From the human T2T-CHM13v2.0 reference genome, Homo sapiens, in assembly GCF_009914755.1 (NCBI RefSeq), contig NC_060925.1: a stretch of 64,000 nt of DNA. The stretch is one strand, 5' to 3'. Each line of letters begins with the position of its first letter. Positions within the stretch are counted from its first letter, which is position 1. Under the pieces are notes generated by a model. It saw nothing but the letters and a program-made list of their open reading frames with translations, was not told the DNA's origin and searched no databases. Made by a program: the position numbers and the translations under genes. Below are positions 43,201 to 54,119 of the stretch, piece after piece.

Positions 43201-45993
43201 TCTGTCTAATATTGACAGTAGGGTGTTAAAGTCTCCCACTATTATTGTGTGGGAGTCTAAGTCTCTTTGTAGGTCTCCAAGAACTTGTTCTATGAATCTG
43301 GGTGCTCCTGTATTGGGTACATATATATTTAGGATAGTTTCCTCTTCTTGTTGAATTGATCCCTTTACCACTATGTAATGCCCTTCTTATTTTCCTCCAT
43401 CCCTTTGATTTGAGCCTGTATGTCTTTGCGTATAAGATGGGTCTCCTAAATACAGCAAACCGATGGGTCTTGACTCTATCTAATTTACCAGTCTGTGTCT
43501 TTTAATTGGGGCATTTAGTCCATTTACATTTAAATTTAATATTGTTATGTGTGAATTTGATCCTGCCATCATGATGCTATCTGGTTATTTGGCACACTAG
43601 TTGATGCAGTTTCTTCCTAGTGTCATTGGTGTTTATATTTTGGTGTGTTTTTGCTGTGGCTGGTACTGGTTTTTGCTTTCCATATTTAGTGCTTCCTTCA
43701 GGAGCCCTTGCAAGGCAGGCTTGGTGGTGACAAAATTCCTCAGCATTTGCTTGTCTGGAAAGAATAGTATTTCTCCTTCACTCATAAAACTTAGTTTGGC
43801 TGGATATGAAATTCTGGGTTGAAAATTCTTTTCTTTAAGAATGTTGAATATTGGCCCTCACTCTCTTCTGGCTTGTAGGGTTTCTGCTGATAGGTCTTCT
43901 GTTAATCTGATGGGCTTCCCTTTATAGGTGACCTGGCCTTTCTCTCTGGTTGCCCTTAACATTTTTTTCCTTCATTTCAACCTTGGAGAATCCAATAATT
44001 ATGCTTCTTGGGGTTTATCTTCTCATGGAGTATCTTAGTGATGTTCTCTGTGTTTCTTGAATTTGAATGTTGGCCTGTCTTGCCAGGTTGGGGAAGTTCT
44101 CCTGGATAATAACCTGAAGTGTGATTTCCAGCTTTTTCCATTCTCCCCCTCACCTTCAGTTACTCCAATCTGTCATAGGTTCAGTCTCTTTACATAGTCT
44201 CAGTCTCTTTACATAGTCTCATATTTCTTGGAGGCGTTGTTTATTCCTTTTCATTCTTTTTTCTCTCATTCTTTTTTCTCTAATCTTGTCTGCATGCCTT
44301 ATTTCAGCAACGTGGTCTTCAAACTCCGATATCCTTTCTTCTGCTTGGTCAGTGTGGCTATTGATACTGATGTATGCTTCACGAAGTTCTCTTGCTGTGT
44401 TTTTCAGCTCCATCAAGTCATTTATGTTCCTCTCTAAACTGGTTATTGTAGTTAACAGCTCCTCTAACTTCTTATCAAGGTTCTTAGCTTCTTTGTATTG
44501 TGTTAGAACATGCTCCTTTAGCTCAGCAGAGTTTGTTATTACCCATCTTCTAATGCCTACTTCTCTCGATTTGTCCATCTCATTCTCCATCCAGTTCTGT
44601 GCCCTTGCTGGAGAGGCATTGCAGTCATTTGGAGGAGAAGAGACTTTTTGGCTTTTCAGCATTTTTTCATTGATTCTTTTTCTTCTTCATGAGTTCGCTT
44701 AGTTTTGATCTTTGAGGCTGCAGACCCTTGAATGGGGTTTTTGTAGGAACTTTTTTGTTGTTGTTAATGCTGTTGTTGTTGCTTTCTGTTTGTTTGTTTT
44801 TCTTTCAGTGGTTAGGTCCCTCTTCTGTAGGGCTGCTGTGGATTGCTGGGGGTTTACTTCAGGTCCACTTCATCTGGTTTGCTCCCTTGCCTGGGAGGAG
44901 CAAGGAGGCTGGAGAACAACAAAGATGGGTGCCTTCTCCTTCCTCTGGGATCTCTGACTTCGAAGGGCACAACCCCTGTTGGAGGGTCTCACCCAGTTGG
45001 GTGGCACAGGGAACAGGACACATTTAATGAAGCACTTTGACTGTCCCTCAGTGGAGGGGTTGTGCTGTCTTTGGGGGGAAACCCACTTATCTGGGCTGCC
45101 CGGATTCCTCAGAACTGGCAGGAGGAAAGAGTAAATCTGCTTGTCCGCAGAGACTGCGGCCACACCTCCCACTAGGGGCTCAGGCCCATGGAGATCAGAG
45201 TTTTGTCCCTGAGGCCCTGGCTGGAGTTGTTGGAGTTCCTGCAGGGAGGCCCTGCCCAGTGAGGAGGGATTGGTCAGGGTCAGGGTCAGGGTCAGGGCTA
45301 AAGAGGCACTCTGGCCAGAGTCTGCCATAGCTGGTGTGTTGGGCTGTGGAGGACACCTCTTGGGACCAAACTGTTGAGATTCCCTAACTCCAGCAGGGGA
45401 AAAGCATGGCCTGGAGCTATAGAGATGGCTGCTGCCATTCCCTCACCCAGGGAGCTTAGTGTGTTAGGCAGCTATTAGTCCCAGTGTTGGCTGTTGCCCT
45501 TCCCCACAAGGGGCTCAAACTGCTTAGACAGCAGCCAGCTGCAGCTATGGTACTGGTCGCCCCTCCCCTAGGGAACTCAACCGACTTAAACAGATTCTAC
45601 CTGAGAGGCTGTCGAAAATCTGCACGGCTCTGGGCTTGGGAGCCTGGGATCCAGTGGTGTGGGTTCACGAATGTGATCTTCTGATCCGTGGGTTGCACAA
45701 TTCTGTGGAAAAGGCATGGTTTACCCGGTTAGGTAGTGCTCACTCACTGCCTCCCTTGGATGGGGGTGGGGTAGGGGTAGGGGGTCCTCTGCCCCCAGTG
45801 GCACTCAGGTGGGCCACAGGACCACACTGCTCTTATGTCCTATCCTTGGGTCATGGCAGCTGCCTAGTCAGTTCTGATGAGAGAATCTGGATACCTCGGT
45901 TGCTGGTGAAGGATTCACATGCTATTATAGTTCTTTTCGAAGGGGTCTTCTGATCACAGCTGCTTCCAGTCGGCCGTCTTGCCTGCCTCTCCC
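40222..45993 (-). mobile_element. Near full-length L1PA10/11-like element (5' UTR, ORF1, ORF2, 3' UTR), inactive, with internal deletions
   Basis: 5' end GGGAGAGG..CAAGACGGCCGACTGGAAGCAGC; ORF1 coiled coil (44219-44662); endonuclease (IIVGDFNT, 43045-43371); RT remnants; 3' UTR CAGATCATCCCATCACCTAGG. Confidence 0.93.
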
Positions 45994-46121
45994 ACCTCAC
46001 ACCTGTTGCCTTTCAATAGACTGGACTTTCTTCAGCCTTAGCAAGACTTAAAAAACTTATGAAGGGAGAATGGGAGAAAAGCAAGCTAGTCAATGTCAGT
46101 TCGAGGCTATATCTATAGTAT

Positions 46122-46157
46122 TATGGCAAAACTGCAATTACTTTTGCACCAACCTAA
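46122..46157. mobile_element. Half MADE1 / solo Hsmar1 TIR
   Basis: TATGGCAAAACTGCAATTACTTTTGCACCAACCTAA followed by TA. Confidence 0.85.
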
Positions 46158-47891
46158 TAGTATGCACATGCTGCAGCCTAGTTCATTAGGAATCTAGAGT
46201 GGGCTTTGAAAACAAAACTTTACAACTTATATATTATTCAATCTTCCTTTATCTGCTACAGTTGTTTGTGCATACATCTACCCTGAGGAACTATTCCAGC
46301 AGTGGTGGCTGGTAAATGGCAGATGCTTGGGTGTTGCTATCTGCCCTGGGCAAAGAGCACCTTCATGTTATTTCTTAAACATACAACACTCTTTAGCATA
46401 ACTTTTGGCTACAGATTTTATAACTATAATCTGCAGCCATGACTCTTGCTAATGCTTATGAAGTGAAATTTTCAAAGTGATTGAATTATCAATTAGTTGG
46501 TGAGTAATTAATGCTCTGTCCCTATAAAGTAGAAAAATATGGGAGGATACCTAACTTCTGAAAAAGAGAAGTAATAAGTCAATAAAGAACTTCAAGAAGT
46601 ACCATTTAAAAATAGGATTTACAAAGAAAATAGCATGATGTGCAACAATCATATAACAATTGAGGTGGTTACTGCATGTTTGGGCATTCTAATAAATGAA
46701 AGATGTGATCCATAAAAACGTTGTTCCTAAATTTTGCTGATTTATTCAACAACTACTTTTCATAATTGTTGCAGATTGTTCTAGGCACTGAGGTTACAGC
46801 CACTAAAGGGAGAAAAGTACCTTGTCATTTGGGATAAAACTAGATATATCTATACTTTAAGCCTAGATATTCTGTTCCTGGTTGTAGCAAAGGAATCTAA
46901 ATTTAAAAGCTGTGTATACAGCTCAACTGAGTAACCATCAATATGAAATATAGTTCTTAATCTATGATTGGCAACCAATCATCGAAATGATTTTCAAACT
47001 CCAAGAACAGCTATAGCATTTATATCAATAAATATCACAGGAAGTCACAAGACATAAGCTATGCCTCTCACCTTTTTTCGGTCTTCACTGCTTATAGCAT
47101 TAATATTATAAACTGTCATTATTCTCCAGAGGATTATCTCTTTTAAGTCATTCATCATCACCTCTGCCACATTACTTATGTATATTTTATTACTTAAGAA
47201 AAAAGAAATTAAATATCCAAAATGAAATTTGTATCATTTTAGGGACTTAAATCTTTAAAGCAAGGGCATTCAGAGCAAGGACTGAGTTTATAGTCACTAT
47301 TTTCTGCTCTATCTAGGCATTGTTCAGAATTTCAGTCATAAATTACTCAAGATTCTGACTGATATACTTTGCTTTTTGACACTGAGTTACACAGTTAATT
47401 ATATGTAGAAAGCTTTAGAGGTGACTACAAGGGACAATTTTTCTTTCATTGCTTTAATACATATTACATTTTAATTGATAAAAGTTTCTAATATTGTAAA
47501 AATACATTTAGGTATGATAATTATTTAAAGGAATATTCTGACTTCCATTTTGAATATTTGAAAAATTAGGCTGCCTGGTTAAGTCTCCATAATAGGTTTA
47601 AGAAAATAATTATGTAAATACAGAAATTTTTAACTACAAGGTATAAGCATAGGAAAGTTATAATCACATGATTCAGTATTGGGAAAGTGTTCCCATAAAA
47701 AATTAATTATGTACCTGTATTTTTCAACCACCATGACAATGCATAGGGTTCATAGCGATTCTTTATAAATGCTGACCCTCATCTCCCACCACCAGCCCTG
47801 CCACATCACAGGTCTTCTCATGTCCCATTAACAACTTCATGGTACATGGTATGTACTATGAAACATCCTGGAAGTCTATTAAAGCGTCATA

Positions 47892-49075
47892 CAGACCCAC
47901 ATCCAGGAACAGAGCCCTTTGCTCCTCCCTCAGAATGAATGAGACGAGAAATCAGATGTTTATGCCCAAGAAAAGTAGGAATTTGTACAGCACTTCTCCC
48001 AGATTGTTAGGGTGCTGACTAAGGATGAGATGGGGTACCCAGAGACAGGAGATGCTATTGCCCAGCTCAAGGAGGTTTGATGCCATTGAAGGCAAGTATC
48101 ACTGAGGTTTGATGGTGCTAGTAGCGTTCCAGGAGCTGGTGGAGCCAAGGAAACAGGTTGCTCATAGTCTCCAATGGGCCCTGACTGTGGGCTCGTGTGT
48201 GGAACTGCTGCAAGCTTTCTTCCTGGTGGCAGATGACATCATGGATTCATCCTTCACCTGCCGGGGACAGATCTGCTGGTATCAGAAGCCAGGCATGGAT
48301 TTAGATGCCATCAATGATGTTATCTTTCTGGAAGCATGTATCTACCACCTGCTGAAGATCTATTGCATCTACCACCTGCTGAAGATCTATTGCCGGGAGC
48401 AGCCCTATTACCTGAACCTGACTGTGCTCTTCCTGCAGAGTTCCTATCAGACTGAGATTAGGCAGACCCTGGACCTCATCACAGCCCCCCAGGGCAATGT
48501 GGATCTTGGCAGATTCACTGAAAAGAGGCACAAATCTATTGTCAAGTACAAGACAGCTTTCTACTCCTTCTACCTTCCTGTAGCTGCAGCCATGTACATG
48601 GCAGGAATTGATGGCAAGAAGGAGCACGCCAATGCCAAGAAGATCCTGCTGGGGATGGGAGAGTTCCTTCAGGTTCAGGATGATTACCTTGACCTCTTTG
48701 GGGACCCCAGTGTGACCGGCAAAGTTGGCACTGACATCCAGGACAACAAATGCAGCTGGCTGGTGGTTCAGTGTCTGCAACAGGCCACTCCGTAACAGTA
48801 CCAGATCCTGAAGGAAAATTCAGGCAGAAGGAAGCCGAGAAGGTGGCCTGGGTGAAGGCACTATATGAGGAGCTGGATCTACCAGCCGTTTTCTTGCAAT
48901 ATGAGGAAGACACTTACAGTCACATCATGGGTCTCATCGAACAGTATGCAGCGCTCCTGCCCCCAGCCATCTTTCTGGGGCTTGCACGCAAAATCTACAA
49001 GCGGAAAAAGTGACTTAGAGACTGCAAGGGAGGCGAGAGGAGGCTGTCAATAAATAAATTATTGTGGGAAAAAAA
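47892..49075 (+). pseudogene. FDPS: Processed pseudogene of farnesyl diphosphate synthase (FDPS)
   Basis: Intronless. ATG at 47935, TGA at 49011. Motifs FFLVADDIMD, KYKTAFYSF, QDDYLD and C-terminal KIYKRKK. AATAAA at 49049 and a short A tail. Disabled by frameshifts and stops (TAG ~47976, TGA ~48103, TAA 48793). Which numbered FDPSP locus it is cannot be determined here. Confidence 0.97.
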
Positions 49076-50029
49076 GGGGGCATGCATAACATAGTTTTAG
49101 GGGGTAAGCAAATGTGCATCTGTAGAAGGACAGAGATTTAGAATCCAGCCCTACAATTCACAACACATGGTATATAAAGTGGCCATTGCCATTGCACTTT
49201 TAATTTTATGTTACTAATACATATATTTGGAGTAGAAATATACTAGTTATGGTACAGTATATTCCATGATGTGAAGTATGTAGTATAAATGGGTTTATAG
49301 GATATAGGATCAGGATACTCTGAGAGTTAATGTTGCTGAGTAAGAAGCATTATAAACAGCTTATAATAATCTAAGATTAAATTATCTGCATAGAAGGCAC
49401 AGCAACCTGTAAAAGAAGAACATTTTTTCTCAATCCAATAGTGTTAACACTAGCTAAACAATAGCTACTAATATTAAACATTGTACTTATGGTTTGAAAG
49501 TCAACTAAACCTATAATTTAAAATCTAAGAGGAGGAAAATTTTGTCAAGATTTTGCTCAACGAGGTAGACAGTGAGATGTCAGCAAGAAAGATGCAACAA
49601 CATTTTATTTGTATATGTGCAGCATATTATCTATTTTTCTCCAAGACCGGGAGAAAATAAAACTTGATAAAAACTTCATTACAGTAAGCAATAGAAAAAG
49701 TCTATTCCAGATTTATTGGAAAACTCCATTTATAAAACACAAGACAAATTTTGGAAAGTACTTTTTTTCTGTAAAATTCAATAAATTATGGGCTCTATTA
49801 AACACATGAACAAAATTATATTATAATGACTGAAATGGAAAGGTATCCATAAATGTGGAAGGGGATAAGAAAGCTGAATGAGTAAAAAATATAAAAGGAA
49901 ACTAAAATGCCATTGTACACGTGGTTTTTACCAGAAATAACAATATGCAGAAGTGACTCTGTAACAAAATCTGAATCTTGATTTCAATTTTAATGTGTTA
50001 ATTGAATCCAGAAGTCAGAGAAAAATAGC

Positions 50030-50300
50030 CAATAAGCAGAAAATATCCAAATAAGATAATAGATATTTACGTAAGAGAAAAATCCAATGTAAGTTCATAT
50101 TTTCTAAAAATAATATTAGAACAAATGTAAGAAAAGCCGTAATCAAAGATAAAATAGACATAAGCTTTCCGGAGTTAAAGAAATGCCTGATTTTAAAGAT
50201 TGACATGAATCACTGTATAATAGAAAAAAATCAATGAAAAGAGAACAATGTTCAAACTTATGCTGATTAAATTAATATTCAGAGTAATAAAGACAATAAA
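50030..50300 (+). mobile_element. HAL1/L1M ORF1-like fragment
   Basis: A-rich; ATCAAAGATAAAATAG...TTTCCGGAGTTAAAGAAA (FPELKK-like). Confidence 0.4.
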
Positions 50301-50369
50301 TCAACATTATATAGGCAACACTTAGGGAAATATAATAAAGGAATCAAAAATGCATAAATGGAATTGCTA

Positions 50370-50690
50370 TTGTGTTAAGAGCATTTTCTCATATCCTCAA
50401 ATATTCTTTTAAAAATGTTATTTCCATGCTTCATCACATGTATATACCAGGATTGAGTTAGATTTTTCCTATTCGTGGACATTTGGGTTATCTAAAGTGG
50501 TTTGCATTTTAAAATAGTTCTGTTATAGGTTTTATATGCATATTTTTATAGCATCTATTCATATTTCTTAGACTACTTAGAATCTTGGAAGTAGAATTAC
50601 TGACTCAAAAAGTATAAATATTTAAATATTCATAATACATATTTTCAAATTGCTTTCCACAGACTTTGGCTATTTACACACTCTTCAGCT
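50370..50690 (-). mobile_element. L1ME 3' fragment
   Basis: TGGACATTTGGGTT...GAAGTAGAATTACTGACTCAAA...CAAATTGCTTTCCA. Confidence 0.65.
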
Positions 50691-50784
50691 TGTCCATCTT
50701 CTTTTACTCTTAGTCACAGCTTTTCTCTACTCATTTACTTAAGGTTTATGCATTGTTTCCTTTGCATTCATCATAGTGTTATTT

Positions 50785-51400
50785 CTGGAGACATAAAGAT
50801 ACATTGAGAGTCTTAACATTAGAAAGTTTCCATCCCAGTGGAGGCAGAGATAGGGAGGGATATATTGGAAATACTGCATAACAGACAATTATAAAACACT
50901 GTGATAAGAACAATCTAGAACAGTGACAGATAAAAGTTATTATGACAGTCAAGAGAAGACATTCCTAACCCAGACCACAGAGTTCAAGGACAGTCCCCTG
51001 GTAAAGAAGTAACGTACTGAGTTGTGTGAAATGAATTGAATCCAATAAAATTAAATTTGAATTTAAGGAAGTGAAGAGAGAGAGAGAGAGAATGTAGGAA
51101 GGCACCAGGTAATTTCAAGATGGAGAGAAATATAAACAAAAGAACAGAGGCAAGAAACACAAAGAAGCAAGAATCATCAATAGTTTAGTATTCTTGGAAA
51201 GTGAAGCTTGATGGATGGCATAGTAAAATATCAGGCTAGAGAGGATAGATGTAGCCAGATCATGGAGAATATTGGAAATCAGTTTTAGGAGCTTGGCAAT
51301 TAAATACCACTAAAGGCCATCAAGCTGTCATAGTTGCATGTTAGAGAGATTCATCTGGAAGACATGTGTATAGTGTACTTGATGGATTAGTTTGTGGTGA
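50785..51400 (-). mobile_element. L2 fragment
   Basis: ACAATTATAAAACACTGTGATAAG and GCCAGATCATGGAG antisense L2 motifs. Confidence 0.6.
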
Positions 51401-51855
51401 TTTCTTCATCATAAGCCAAGTTGTTGACAGTTGATTCAATCTCACATGAGTTGGTAACTGCCCAGCCCTGGTGTTTACTCTAAGAAAGAATTCATCGCCC
51501 CTATTTTTATTTGGGTGATGGCCAAGCAACATTTTTTAGCCCAATAGCTGTTATGACTATTTAATTGTTTAAGTCAAAGTATTATAAAGGACATCTCTAG
51601 AAGATGTTCTGTACCAATAAGAAATCTGGACAAAAATAATCATCTAGATAAATGCAAATTTATTTATATAAATAAATCTATTGCAGTCTGAGTTTTTTCT
51701 TCTCTGGCGGTGTGGAATGCTTTTTCATTCTCACTCATCTTACTTCCTTTTTTCCTTATTTTCCCTGAGGTTTGCATTTCCTAAGTAATTGTCAAAGCAA
51801 GAGGTAAAGTTGAGGAGAAGGCAAATAAAAGGGTACTTTATGACCTCAAAGAGAG

Positions 51856-52351
51856 TGAAGCCAGCCCCATTGTCGCATAGAACTCATGTTTATGGTTTCT
51901 TTTGAATAAACATAAAAATTGACCTTCAGAGTCTTAAAACTTGAGAGACTTACATTTGTCTTATCCAAGTTCCTTTTCCAAGAAACCAACTATCAGGCTT
52001 CCCAGACAGTATCGAGGAACTGAAACTCACCAGATCGCCACATCTGGTCAATGAGATGCTCGACCCCTCACCCCTTATGATTGCCTAACTGATCACCTGT
52101 GCCTGTTAATCAACTCCTCTCCCTTATCCTTCTCTAATTCCTGTTTTCTCACACATACTTATATTTTCCCCCTGCTGTATAAACCCCTAAGTTTAGTCAA
52201 CTGAGGCAACAGATTTGAGATTTTATCTCCCTGTCTCCATGACTTCAGCACCAAATTAAAGCCTTCTTCCTTGGCACTACTCTTTGTCTCAGTGATTGGC
52301 TTTCTGTGCTGCGAGCAACAGTACCTAGGCCAAATCCCTGGCCTAGTAGCA
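51856..52351 (+). mobile_element. ERV1 solo LTR (LTR54/MER66-like)
   Basis: TGAAGCCAGCCCCATTGTCGCATAGAAC...TATAAACCCC...ATTAAAGCCTTCTTCCTTGGC...GTCTCAGTGATTGGCTTTCTGTG. Confidence 0.75.
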
Positions 52352-52929
52352 CTCAGGAATAGTAGCACTCAGGAAAGGGTATGCCATTTAATTTCCAGGC
52401 TTGCACAAACCCTGGTTTGTGGACAAGGAGAAGATATTTGTGGATGAATAGAGGTTCTTCTAAACATTTTTCATGCAGATAGTTTTATTCTAATCCTGAA
52501 CATATATTATGTGTTGCTCACAGAATTTGATTTTTTTTATTTAACTCAGTCGATCTTATGATTACATGAAGATTCTCTGCAGTTGATTGTGGTCCCTACC
52601 CCCTATGTTTACATATATATTTCAGTTGAAAATGGTGAAAAGATGTATCAAGGACCGTAAAGAAAATCATATTTACACTAAATATCCTATTTTTACCTGA
52701 TACAAGCTTCTAATCAATTGTTTGATTGCTAACCATTTAACTCTGAAAAAGTAATCAAAATTTGAATTTTCAGTATATTATTTGTTTTTCTTTTTTATGT
52801 GACTATTAAGAAAAAAATAGAAGATTGTCCATGTTTTTCCTTAGTGTCCATGTATCTTAACGGCAAATAATAAAGAATGAATTGTTAGGTATAAAACATC
52901 TTTAAAAACTAAAATCTTTCACTACCTGC

Positions 52930-53365
52930 TTGTTATGCTCTCCAATGTGACTTGCTTGGCCAATGGAACTTTATCAAATATAATGCAGACAGACACTTGC
53001 AAAAAGTATTTGCATACTAGGGTTTACTCTCTTGTTGGACTTGGAACCCTATATCCATATAAATGAGTATAAACTAGCATTCTGGAAGATGAAGTGCCGT
53101 TATGGAGAGGAAGTGATGTACCCAGCTGACAGCCAGTGGTGACATATGTCAGATATGAGTATGGCAATTATAGAATATCACCCTAAACTAGATCTGCCAG
53201 TCAAACTGCCAGATGAGTCTATAGATGCATAAAAGAGCCCAGTATAGATCAAAATGTGTTGGTCAAGACACACACAAAAAAACATTCGACTGACCAAAAA
53301 AATTATAAGGAAATAAAAAGAACATTGTTTTATGTCACTAAGTTTGGGTGCTTTGGTGTGTAACA
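52930..53365 (+). mobile_element. MLT1 (G/H-like) MaLR LTR
   Basis: ATGTGACTTGCTTGGCCAATGG...CCCAGCTGACAGCCAG...TTGTTTTATGTCACTAAGTTTGGG. Confidence 0.7.
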
Positions 53366-53828
53366 TGTTTCGTGGTGTGAATTGCTTTGGGTTAACCCTG
53401 GGAACCACATCACTGAATTACTGTCTTCTTGTGTGGAACAAAGTCAGCATATAATCTCAATTTCCAAAATATATGTTCATGCAATTTTTATGACAGTGTT
53501 ACTTTTTCATATTTTAAAGATGAAATATATTAAAATAAAAATATCCTTACTGTCAAAATTCCTTTCAGTAAAAAAGTAAATTTCCAAATATTTATTCTAT
53601 TAAAAACATGTTTTAACTTCAGCAAGAAAAAGTAAAATGGGTACAGATATACAACTCATAGCTAAAATGATTTTTCTGTATATTAATTATGTCTTTTTAA
53701 TTGAAAATATGCATCTAACTTAGGTATAATGCTGTCTGTGGTTGTATTACTAATGGAATTTTACTCTGAACTGTTCCTCTAAAATATCAGCTTGAACAAA
53801 TTGTATAATGGCCAATATTTAGATACAA

Positions 53829-54119
53829 TTTTTTTTTTTTGAGACGGAGTCTTGCTCTGTCACCCAGACTGGAGTGCAGTGGCATAATCTCGGCTCACTG
53901 CAAGTTCTGCCCCCGGGTTCACACCATTCTCCTGCCTCAGCCTCCAGAGCAGCTGGGACTACAGGCACGCACCACCACGCCCGGCTAATTTTTTTGTATT
54001 TTTTAGTAGAGACAGAGTTTCACCGTGTTAGCCAGGGTGGTCTCAATCTCCTGACCTTGTGATCCGCCCGCCTCAGCCTCCCAAAGTGCTGGGATTACAG
54101 GCGTGAGCCATCGCGCCCG
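53829..54119 (-). mobile_element. AluY/Sc8-like
   Basis: GGGTTCACACCATTCTCC; 16-bp TSD TTAGATACAATTTTTT at 53819 and 54120. Confidence 0.93.

Noticed and set aside
48109-48795. 228-aa ORF as a functional prenyltransferase gene
   Set aside because: It starts at a non-ATG codon inside a retrocopy with upstream frameshifts and stops, ends at a premature TAA, and has no introns. It is a pseudogene.
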